Of a stretch of DNA of 64,000 nt, positions 51,301 through 62,676 are shown piece by piece (within the stretch, counting starts at the first letter, position 1; the number at the start of each line of letters is the position of its first letter). Origin of the DNA: Azolla caroliniana. Lineage: Eukaryota > Plantae > Polypodiophyta. Under the pieces are notes generated by a model. The model did not search any database. It saw nothing but the letters and a program-made list of their open reading frames with translations, and was not told where the DNA came from. The DNA lies in contig JBHGNT010000003.1 in NCBI GenBank assembly GCA_043228905.1, positions 11,284,001 to 11,348,000 of the forward strand, written 5' to 3'. The position numbers and the translations under genes were made by a program.

Positions 51301-52649
51301 CGGACCATGTTCTCTTTCATTCTTGAAGCTCGATGACGCGTCTTTGGATGTTGTTGGCGACAACTCTCTTGAAGCTTGCGATTTGACGTGCCTCGAACAC
51401 GTCCCTTTGATTCATCTCCCTCTTATATGCATCAAGGAACTTCGTAACGTTCCTTCCATCGAATTGGCCCTCGAGCTCTACGACACGATCGACAGCCTTC
51501 TCCATGCTCGCGTCGTTGTCCCGAGATCTCATCATTTGCTCGACGATTAGCATCATCCTTTCGAGCTCTCCTGCTTGGTTGCTTGAGGACGCCATCTCCA
51601 AGTATTAATCTCGACTTGATCCTTCCTACCGCCTCTTTCACGTCGGGTTCACCACTTAATTATGTCGTGAAGATCCGTCACTACGCGCGGATCGTGAGGC
51701 GGAACCGCCGGGGTTCTGGACTAGAAGGATTTAGAGTCGATACAAGCTTTGGCGAGAAAGTACTTAAGATAGATTGAGAAAGAGAGAAGATGAGATTACA
51801 CGATTGATTTCATAACGAATTTCTTCTTCTTAATTTTCATAACAAAAAACTGTGTTTTTCTCCTCCCCCTTCCCTCTTTTATAGATGCTCTCATGCATAT
51901 GATGCATGTGAGGGTAAAAGGCATGCATAAATTGCATGTTTGCCATTTGGCGCTTAAGTATTACATGTGGTGCATGCTAACCATGTCACTCATTTTAGCA
52001 CTCATGGATGAGAATTTACATGTAAAAGTACAATGATAGAAATATAATTTCAACTAAATACTATGGCTTAATGGTAAGCCATTTGACTCCTAACTTGGAG
52101 GTGCAAGGTTCGAATCCATACTTGCCCTCCTTGTATATGTATATATTTTTATATATTTATTTTATCTAGTCGCCGGATGCCGACGCCGGATACCGACGCC
52201 GGATACCGGTGCCGCATGCCGCCATCAGATTGCGGTCGGATGCCGTCTGATCACCGGCTCCATCGTCGGTCCGGTTTTGGTTGGCCAAAACCCTTTACGA
52301 GTAGCTAGCCACCTCCACTCTAAGTTCAAGTTACCTTGAACTCTCTATGCTCCACACATAGACACAAAGATAATATCTTTTGCTCCACCTTATATATGAT
52401 GAGAGCCGTATTTGTCGTGCCTATGTGGGATATCTCACAATTTTCTCTTTTCTTTTCACAAACTTTATACCCTCATATCTTGACATTTAGTTGTCCATTT
52501 CTCGTGTAATAAAGTGCATTCGAAACCTCCATCATTTTGTACTTTAGATATTAAAAATGTTATCTTCACAATTATTGTATTACATGATTCATACTCGATT
52601 TTGTACGTTTTGTGGGATTTTCACACTATTGCCGAAAATCTTCACGACA
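48313..52649 (-). mobile_element. tRNA-Trp-primed Ty3/gypsy element B: 5' LTR 51663-52649, gag, protease, truncated RT
   Basis: 12-bp LTR terminal IR TGTCGTGAAGAT/ATCTTCACGACA; 18-nt Trp PBS 51637-51654; CVWCDSMDHMRRDC; ALIDHGSEINLM; LRFIQDLQPVN...LPQGATNS. Confidence 0.9.
52064..52117 (+). promoter_or_regulatory. tRNA-type Pol III A/B-box module in LTR B
   Basis: A box TGGCTTAATGG 52064-52074; B box GGTTCGAATCC 52107-52117; both fit consensus; T-run at 52146-52150. Confidence 0.7.
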
Positions 52650-55600
52650 CCGGTTTCGCCGGAATCTAACCGGCTCAAATAGTTTGCTACCGCATGTTGT
52701 ATGCCGGGTCAGTGGAATATCTTGAACTCAAATTCTTGTAATAGTAACGTCCATCGGGCCAGCTTACCGGTGAGTGATGCTTTGGACACCAAGTAGAGGA
52801 GCGTCGAATGATCTACGTGAAAGGAAAATTTCCTTCCCAACAGATAGTGTCTAAACTTGGTGACACTGTTGATCATACCCAAGGCCTCCCTTTCCGTTGT
52901 GGAATAATTCCGTTCTACTTGGGATAACTTCCGGCTGGGATAATACACTGGCCGGTACCATTTCGGTTCTGTAAGTTGCATAAGCGCGCTCCCGATTGCG
53001 ATGTCGGATGCGTCAACGAACACATGGAACTCTTTAGACCAATCCGGAGGTTGCACCACCGACGCTTGTGACAACAGTACTTTTAGTGCCCGATAAGCCT
53101 GGTCTTTTGTGTCCGTCCATCGGAATGGTGTCTGATGTACCGCGGCATGCAATGGTGTAGCCAGGTCTGCCAGATACCGGAGCATTCGGCTATGCCACCA
53201 AATTTGTCCTAAGAACCGGCTTAGTGCCTTTGCCGTGGCTGGTGCCGGTGCCTCTAGGATTGCTTTTACTTTGTCTGGATCCACTGTGATACCATCCTTG
53301 CTCACTCTGTGGCCCAGTAACGCTCCGCTAGTTACTCCGAACACGCATTTTGCCGGGTTAAGGCTTAGCCGGTAAACCCTACATTTTTCCAAACATAGTC
53401 GGAGGTGCTGAAGGTGATCCCCTTCCCGGCTATAAACAGCGAACTCATCCAAGAACACCTGCATGAATGCCGGAATGAATTCTCCGAAAATGTCCATGAT
53501 GATCTGTTGGAAGGTTGCCGACACCATTTTCAGTCTGAACCTCATAACTACGGCAACAAAGATTCCCCATTCGGTGACAAAAGCAGTTTTCTCCTGGTCG
53601 TCGGGGTGCATCCGGATCTGATTATAGGCGCTGAACCCGTCCAGGAAACTGTACACCTCATGACCGGTGACCGCATCCAAGACTCCATCCGTGAATGGGA
53701 GTGGAAAAGCGTCTGTTACCGTAGCCGCATTTAATTTCCGATTGTTGACGCAAACTCTTATCTTACCGTTCTTTTTCGGTACTACGACTATCGGACTGAG
53801 CCATGTGGCTTTCTTTACCGGTCGGATGAAGCCAACCCTTAGCAACTTGTCAATTTCTTCTTTGACTTTTGCTGCGTAATTCGGGTTCATCCGGTAATGA
53901 CGTTGCGCTACCGGTTTGGTGTCTTGACTCAGATGTATCTGGTGTTGATACAACTGAGGATCGAGTCCCCACATGTCTTCATAGGACTAGGCGAACACAT
54001 CGCGAAATTCTTTTACGAGTGTGATCATTGCCATTCTGTTTTCCGAGGTCATTTCCTTGGCAATGTGAACCGGTCTTGCGTCCTCTATGGTACCTAGGTT
54101 TACCTCTTCTAGTTGGGATGCTTTTACGCACTGCGACACCACCATTTCCCTTTCCAGTGCCTCCTGTACTTGTCGTAACTCCCGGATCGCTTCTTTATCC
54201 GGTCTCGTTCAGTTGCTGCATGTACGGTGATATTGCTTCGGCTACATCAATCTCGAACAGAGGTACGATCTTCGGATTTTCCTGTAAGTATTGATCGACC
54301 TCTTCGTCCGCCAATCCTTCCACCATGTTGACACATTCCGGATATAGCGGTGTCAATTCCTTGCCGGTACCGGACCATGGTTGAGTCGGTACTCGTACTT
54401 TCGCTTTGCCACGCCAGAACATAATTATATTCTTCCTCCAGTTTTGCTTGATGTGTGTTGTTTTTACCAAGGGCGTCCCAACAATAGTGGGTAAGCTCCC
54501 TGAGCCTGTAGTTGGAGAACTACTGTGGAAATGCGAAATGTGTGACCCCCCGATGGTCACTTCCAGATCACGTATTAATCCGATCGGCCGTACTGAGCTT
54601 GTGTCCGCCATCCGAAGCCAAAACGGGCATGGTTCCTAGTCATGGATTCCTAGAGTGTTACACGTTCGGAGGCTGATCACGTTCACGCCAGATCCTCCAT
54701 CGATAATCATGTCGGGTAGCTCTTTTCCTTTCACGATGGCTGTGATTGTCGGATTGCTCGTGTCTACCACTGCCGGTCCTTCCTCCGGATTTGAAAAGAA
54801 TGTAGGAGCCGATGGCGTGTTGGCTGTCGTCCTTCTTGTCTTCAGTCCTTCCGTGAAGCGTGGTACCAGTTGCAATAGCCGGCCTAACGGCAACGTTATT
54901 TGGCATTCTTGCAATGCCTGCCATGTTGGGTTTTCGGGTTGGCCCGGGCCGGTGAGCTCTTCGGCATTCTCCTTTTGTTGTTCGAACTCTGCCGCATTCC
55001 GCTCATTTGCCTTCTTCACCCATTTGGTTGCCTGCTTCTGGATGGCTTCTTGAGTTTCCCACTCTGTGGCTTTGACCTTTGATCTTGTAGTGACTTGTAT
55101 GTCCGCGACTTCCGCGTCTACCATGTTCACCGTTGGTTGCTTGTCGTAGCTCTTCGTCGGACATTGCTTACTATAGTGGCCTTCTTGCCGGCAATAATAG
55201 TAGTACGGCTTCCGGGTGTTGCTGGATTCGGCGTGTGCGCTTGGTGGAGGTCCTATGGTAAGTGCTTGGTTTTAGTCCGGTTGGCTGCTTGGAGTGCCCT
55301 TTTCTAGTTCCCGTGGATGACCCCCTTTTTGTTGAAATGACGTTTCTTATTGAAATTCTTTTTGTTGTGGTAACCTTGTCGGGGCTGGTCGTCATACTTG
55401 CCATAATCGCCCCGTCATTGGTTGTAACCAGGGGAGTGATCTCGGTTGTATCTCTCATACCGTCCATTATAGTCTCGGTATTTATCTTGTCTGTCATACC
55501 GGTCATAAGCGTCTCTTCGATCGTTATACTAGACATCTTGTGCCGGCGGTAGCGCTCCTCTCGCTGCAAGCGTTCTTCTTCTTCTTCCCGGTTGCTTCGT

Positions 55601-57399
55601 GGTTCAATTTGCCGAACCGGTGGTGCTCGCCGAGTTAACAAGTTATACTCACACCGTTCCATTGTGTGGCTCCTGGAGTCGCAGAGCAAGCATTGGGAAC
55701 GCATGGTGCATTCCAGCGCCGAATGTCCGGCATTCAAGCATGTCGTACATTGAATTGCTTACTGGAAACGGAGGTCCTCATTTGTTGGTAGTGCACGTTG
55801 AAGTGTGCCCATGGTTAGCCATGAACTTGAGTTTTCCATTTCCCGAACTCGGTCGATCACTTGATCTATGCTGCTGGTGCGGAAATCAATGATGGTGCAC
55901 ACCGTTCGTAAGGGTTCCCAAAGTGCTGCTAAAAATATGGCCTTTGTTTCTTCCTCCGGTGGTGTCCGGCTAAGCTGACTGTGGATCCGCTGGAACCGGA
56001 TGATGAACTGTTGAATGTTCTCCGTTGGTTCCTGCCGGATACTATAAAATAAGCCTACCATTTCCTGTTGGTCCATCTCCTTGTGAAAGAAATGCAAAAA
56101 AATTCTCTTTAATGTTTCAAACATGGGGATGGTGCTGGGATCTTGTGTTCGGTGCCATCTGCCGGCCGGTCCCTCTAGGGTAATACCGAACTCTGCCCTT
56201 TTCGAGCGTTCCTCTTCAGCCGCATTTAAGCGTTGGGACACATGGTTTGCCTCCCAGGTCTGCTGAAACGCATGGACGTGGGCTTCCCCGTCCGGATCAT
56301 CCTAGTATCTGGGATATTGGAATGACATATCGTCGTCTAGTGTCGGTACGCGGGTTGGTGGTGTTGGTGGTCTTTCCTCCTTTGTCGGTGTCGGAGGTCT
56401 GTCCCGCTCCTCTATCGGTGTTGGAGGTCTCTCCTCCGCGACTTCCGGTGTCAGAGGTCTCTCGTCCTCGATTTCTGGTTCCGGTGTCAGAGTGTGCTCA
56501 ACTTCTGGTGCCGGAGGTTACAACGTTGTCAATTCTGGTTCCGGTGTCGGCAAGGTATCCGACTCCTCGTCCTCCGGTCCGTCTGGGGTGTCGTTACTAT
56601 TGCGGTAGTTCGTCTGCGCGTTGTATTCCCCATCAAAACCCGATTCAAATGCCGAAAATGCTTCGGATTCGCCTTTGCCCGTTGTTAATGCCTGGAGAAG
56701 GGATTCTGCTTCTCGGAGGCTGCTCAGGCTGCTTCCTTCGTCCAAGTAGTCATTTTGTTGTAAACGAAGTGACTCCTTGGCCACTCTCCGGATCACTTCT
56801 GAAAATGAGCGATCCGCTCTGATTTCTTCTGCCGCTTGTTGGAAAGCCTCTCGCTTCCTCAGTCGTTCAGCAAGTCTCCTGGCTCGCTCCGTAACCGGGT
56901 CTTTCGTTAGTCGCGTCATCCATTCCCACCGTTGTTCGCTGCGATTGTGCAGGAATCGTGGTCGCCAAAAACTGTGTTATTCCTTCGGACCGGACAATGG
57001 CCTAACACAGGGTGTCTACGGAAAACACTTCACCAAAGGGGTGTTACAGGGAGATAACTTAAGACACAACAATTAATCAGACTTAATTAGCTACTTAGCA
57101 ATATGGCATTAAATTCGATACACGCGTATGATAGAGCAATTAATACAGAACGGTAATCAATACGTGAAGATAAAACAAGAAGCTTATATTAATTCTCCAT
57201 TAAAGTTCTACATTATATTAAAGGTCACCGGTGCTGAGTACAAAACGGTGCCAACCGGCACCTGTTCAGAACCGGTCTGGATCCGGATCGGCATACTAAT
57301 TCCGGTCCGTCCGTTTACTACTTAATTATAATCTATTCCGAATAACCATTCCCTTTCACATTCTGGTCTTTTACTCTTTTGTCGGCCGGGTAACATTTA

Positions 57400-58131
57400 T
57401 AACATGATACATACTAGCAAAAACAATAGTTACCTGAATCTTATTTCTGATTGTTGTCACTGCCAAAGTGTCTTTCCTCTCCATTGCAGCAGCCAATGTT
57501 GCTCTCTCTAAATCAGACTTTGTTGCCTTTAATGTCTCACAGGCTTCATGGACATTTTTCAGTATATAGCTAATGAATGTTTCACGTGTATCATCAACAT
57601 TGACTTTCATTGTGTTTGAGTGTGGTGTATACTTCCGAGTTTGTTGGGAGTCAACAGTTGCATCATCAACTCCATGCTCCAGAATCTTGCCATTTTTTGT
57701 TGAAAGCTCCCCACCTTCCGGCATCGTTCTATAGATGCCTCACCATAAATAGCCCAAGCTACCCTATACATTTCAGGGTCTGTTGCTTCCTTCGTTGTTT
57801 TGCAATACTTGTATGCAAAAGCTCTCACGAATGCAATAGAAAACTTGTTGTTGACGAGGATCTCTTGATGTACTTTCTGGTGGAGCCTCATGATGTCATC
57901 ATACAACTCCGATCATACATGCTTGAGCTTCACCTTGCCTTTCACACTGGGCACTTTATAGACTAACAACCAGTCTACATCACTAATCAATTTATCTCTT
58001 AGAACAGCAGGGTCAATACCCTCTAGCGACAAACCATATATGTTGTTAAAGTCCTCTTTTGTCTTGCAAAAATTTGCAAAGTTCAACACTCTAGGATATG
58101 GCAGAACGAGCCACTTGAAATAAAAAATCAA
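57400..58131 (-). pseudogene. Decayed coding exon(s) of an unknown protein, possibly the 5' part of the gene ending at 38053
   Basis: Consecutive minus-strand ORFs 57913-58131, 57607-57906 and 57371-57724 read as one protein-like sequence with a stop and a frameshift. Confidence 0.4.
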
Positions 58132-59339
58132 TACATGTTACCTCTGCTCTATTGGGACATGTGTATTTAGAACCATGATTGGTAGGGAAGAATAAAAAAT
58201 AAAAAATGAGCCACATTCACCCAAATCCTAAGTCAAATTTGGGGGAAGTTTGCAAACACACAACCATTGAAATCAGAAATGTGAATTGGTGGAAAATTCC
58301 AACACTAAATCTGAAATTTTCAACAGTAATCAAAAATCAACCGCTTAAAAAATCAGAAACCCTATTTAGAAATCATAATCAGAAACATTAACCAAAAACC
58401 CTAATAAAAAATCAACCGTTTAAGGAAATTAGGAACCCTAATCTGAAATATGTATGAAATCAACCCTAATCAAAAATTTTGTCAATAAAAAACACACTTC
58501 TTGCTACACCTTGATCTTCAAGACATCCTTGTTCGGGACTCCGATGACTTTGCTCTAATCGTTTTTTATAAAAGATGAACAGGCAACAAAGTTACAATTA
58601 TCAAAAAGGAAAAAAAAGGATGTTTTAATGTGTACCTCATACATACCTGGGCGAGGATCGAACGGGTGGTGTGTTGTAGCTCTGAAGGTGTAATGTCGAT
58701 ATCAGAGTTTTTGTGTTGCTACGGGAGCTTTGTCTGCATTCATGCTTAGAGTACTCCATTTGTTTGGATATCGGACTCAAACTCAGCATTAACAAGAATT
58801 TGGTGACCTTCATGTCGAGTTTAGATGAGGGCACTATTCCCCAAGTTCCACTACGTGAGAAACGAAAGTTCAAAATTTTGAGTATTCTCATAAATTAAAT
58901 GACATATACATAGTACGTAAAATTCGTGTTCATTTTCTATATCATTCGTTTTCCTACGTTGGTAAACAAACACGAATGATATTCAAATATTCGTGTGATT
59001 TTTTTTTTGTTTTTTTTTTTCCTTTTTTTTCCCCTCTTTTCCCCCCTTTCCCCCTCTTCCTCTACACATCAACGCTACACACTCCTCTCCTCTCCCATCT
59101 AGCCTCGAATGATCTGTTGCTTGAACGATCTGCTACTTGAGCCTTGAGCTGGCATCGTGCACACTAGTCACTAGTGAGTCAGTGAGTACACATCTTCTCT
59201 CGGCCATTAATTTCTGCATACCAACAAGATTCAGGTATGTTTAGGGTTAATAATAGGGTTTAAAGTTTTTTAAACTTTAGGTCATAGTATGTACTATGTA
59301 GTATGTGCTATGTAGTATGTGCTATGTAGTACAAAAATT

Positions 59340-59600
59340 TCTGTAATTTTTCAATAATTTTTGTAATTGTTTTGTAATTTCGGTAATTGTTCTGTAATTT
59401 CGGCAATTGTTTTGTAATTTCTGTAATTTCTGTAATTTCTATCATTTCTGTAATTTCTTTATAATTTTTGAAATTTCTATCTCATTTCTTGTAATTTCTG
59501 TAATTTTTCTTTTATTTGTTCTATAATTTCTGTAATTTTTCTATAAAGCTTGTAATTGCTTTAATTTTTCTATAATTTCTGTCATTTTGAAGTAATTCGT
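59340..59600. repeat. Degenerate (TGTAATTTC)n minisatellite in a probable 5' intron of the hAT gene
   Basis: Repeated tgtaattt units between cag|gtatgt (~59235) and tttag (59700). Confidence 0.7.
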
Positions 59601-59706
59601 GTATTGTCTATACACACATATTAAGCTATGTAGTACAAAATTTATATGCACAAAAATTACAATAAATAGATTTTGATATTTATGTTTTACATTAATTTAG
59701 GAACTA

Positions 59707-61330
59707 ATGGGTAGACAAAAAGGCCTAGAGTGGGAACATGTTCTAATTCAAGTAAAGAATGCAAAAGGAATGAATTTGATGAAATGCAAATATTGTAATC
59801 ATGTCTTTGTCGGTGGCCCTCATCGAATTAGGGCCCATATATTGGGAATAAGAGGAGAAGGTGTAGAAAAATGCACAAAAGCAAGTGATATTGTGACGAG
59901 TCAATTAAGAATGCAATGGTTCATGGAAATGATCACTTGAATTCAGATGTACAAACAGATCCAAATAGTAATACTATTGTTAATGCTAATGCAAATGCGT
60001 CTACAGATGCCTCTATTTCTAGTTCCATTTCAATGAATAAAATGGCTACTAAAATTCAAAAAATAGAGACGAGTGGTTCACTCCCAATGTCTTTTGAATT
60101 GGCATTGAGGAAACAGGTAGAAGACACTATTGCAAGATTTTTTTATGCGGAAGATATTGCACATTGGAAAGTGGAAAGCTCATTTTTCCATGATATGCTT
60201 ATGGTTGTTTCAAAAGTGGGTCCTTCGTTTAAAGCACCTTCTACTTATCAATTGCATAAGAAATATCTTAATGGAGAAGTTGTAAATGTTGAGCATGATC
60301 TTATATTGTTGAAAGAGAGTTGGAAGACATGGATGCACTATTGTTAGTGATGGTTGGTCAGACACTAGAAATAGACCAATTATTATTGTTTTAGCTTCTT
60401 CACTACATGGCACAATGTTTTTGAAATCAATAGATACACGTGGTCATGTCAAGACAGGTGAATACATATTAAAAATTTTGAAGGATGTTATTCTTGAAGT
60501 TAGACCATCAAATGTAGTTCAAGTTTGTATGGATAATGCCGCAAATTGTGTGACTGCGGGACATAAGATAAAAGCGGAGTGGCCATCTATAATTCACACT
60601 AGATGCACTTGCCATTGCGTTGATTTGTTGTTGGAGGATATTCGCAAATGTGCTTGGATTGATGCCATTTTGCGATCAACTATGAAGATTAGTGGTTTCA
60701 TAACTAGAAAACAATATGCTTTGGCCATGTTTTGCAAGTTTAGTGGAAAAGACTTGCTTAAACCTTCTATGACTAGGTTTTCTTACAATTTTATTGTGTT
60801 ATCGAATTTTTGGATGATAAAGTATATGGTGGTTTGAGAAGAATGGTGGTTAGTGAACAATGGTGCTAGAACAAAGAAACCAGAAGAGATGGTTTCAATT
60901 GTATTGGATGCTAACTTTTTGGCAAATGTAAAGATGATTGTGAAGGTATGCAAACCAATTTTAAAGCTTCTTCGTTTGACTGATAGGGAAGATGCTATAA
61001 TGGGGTTGATTTATCAATTTAAACAACAAATGTTGATGGAGATAAACAATATGACAGATATTGATCCTATGAAGCTTGATGAAATAAAAGAGTGTTACAT
61101 ACATAGACTAACAATGTTGGAATCGCCATTGCATGCAGCGGGATATGTCTTGCATCCATTATGAACACCAAATGATCAACAAATAGATCATGATTTACTG
61201 ATGGGCTGGATGAAAACAATCATGCTTTATGCTAGTGGTAATATAGTTTTACAAAATGTTGTGTTAGATGAGTTTTATGAATATAGAAAACAAGCATCGG
61301 ATTTGTTTCAAGTTCCATTTGCAAAGGATG
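59707..61330 (+). pseudogene. hAT transposase pseudogene (BED finger + DUF659-type core)
   Basis: WEH...CKYC...RIRAH...C; SDGWSD; VVQVCMDNAAN; CTCHCVDLLLEDI; LHAAGYVLHP; stops and frameshifts; cut by an LTR at 61331. Confidence 0.88.
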
Positions 61331-62504
61331 TGTTACGGGCATGACCATATAATATCCCATGGTGAGAATTTACCATAGTATTCTATACACGTGGATAAGT
61401 GTGAGGGTTAAATGAGAGTGTAAAGAAGGGGAGGATTACTTTTAATCCTCGGGATTGAGACAACCCATTAGGCCAATTGTGAACTTGGTCTTGCTATAAA
61501 TATGAGGCCTAGCTACCCTCATTTCATCATATCTTGACTACGTCAAGACTCTGTTTCGTGGTGGGTCAACTCTTGTAGCGAGCGTGCCAGCACCAAGTAC
61601 AACTCGACACCACGATGGTGGTATGGGACGCTGATTGAGGCTCGAGTCCGTCTCAATCCCTTCGCTCAGGGGTTTAGGGCTTCATTCTCTCTCTCCTTTC
61701 TTATTTTATATCTATTATATCCTTATCTCATGCTTACATTAGACCATAGCTCTAACAGTTGGTATTAGAGCTTATGTTTCTAATGTTTCCTTTGTTTGTT
61801 TTTGTCTTGTTGATGGATGGTGATCAATCGACGTACGGTCGACCTTGATCCAAATAGCGATCAACAAAGGAACTTCGGTAACTCTTCCTTCTTCTTTTTT
61901 CTTATTCTTTCTTCTCCCAATCTAATCATGTATAGTCAATATCTGTTGTTTTTTATTGATTCAATGATATTGTAGTGGTAATTAATTGGTTGTATAAAAC
62001 GTTTACATATGTGTATGAGGTCAATACCTCATTTGACATATATTTGATATGTGATTCGTGCCTTATGCGTACGAGGTTAATACCTCAATTGCATATTACG
62101 TTCACATACATATTTTACGTATGCGTATGAGGTCAATATCTTGATTTCTTTGTAAATGATATGCATATGGTCTCATATGCCTAAGAGGTCAATACCTCAA
62201 TTGCGTATTACGATTAACCCTTATTTTTGGATGTTTCATATGCGTAGAGGCTATATGCCTTGATTACTTGACATTGTCTCGATTTCATCATATGTTGACT
62301 ATTTGATGTTACGATTTTTCTTAATATACGCATATGTGGTCACATGTATACGTATTTGATAGTATATGTGTGATAAATATACAAACTGTTCTTTCTCTCT
62401 TACTCACACTCTCACATACATACACACACATCACATAATCTTCCGCTACTTAATCACATTATTAGGTTCTAATTAACCTGTACTTAACTACCTAAGTCTT
62501 AACA
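61331..62504 (+). mobile_element. LTR (61331-61757) with PBS-Met and non-coding internal region
   Basis: TGTTA...TAACA; TATAAATA ~61495; TGGTATTAGAGC 61760-61771; repeated GAGGTCAATACCTC motif downstream. Confidence 0.7.
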
Positions 62505-62675
62505 ATTTGGATGTATGGGGACCGGCAGAAAACGTTAGTCTTGGCGAGAGTCAATATTTTGTCTCCTTCATCGATGACTACAAGCAACCAACATGGACCT
62601 ACCTGATAGAAAAGAAAAGCGAGGTTTTTGACTATTTTTGGAACTTACAAAATTTAGTCGAACGGGAAATGGATA
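62505..62675 (+). pseudogene. Copia family D integrase fragment
   Basis: DVWGPAENVSLGESQYFVSFIDDY, homologous to ~32240-32400. Confidence 0.75.
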
Positions 62676-62676
62676 G

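Larger units (their letters stand above)
39212..57395 (-). mobile_element. Fourth Athila-like Ty3/gypsy element (5' LTR 56975-57395), integrase truncated, split by 39836-52649
   Basis: PBS 56958-56967 (TGGCGACCAC); gag ~56919-55170; protease IIDGGSGVNVI; RT/RH ORF 52709-53974; integrase 39212-39830; same family as 4547-15425. Confidence 0.88.

Noticed and set aside
52057-52130. Functional tRNA gene (also the other A/B modules)
   Set aside because: No acceptor or anticodon stem pairing; only the promoter boxes and a D-arm-like hairpin remain.
58905-59000. hAT terminal inverted repeat and subterminal motifs (ATTCGTG/CACGAAT)
   Set aside because: Plausible, but no partner end or 8-bp TSD lies within the window, so it cannot be supported.
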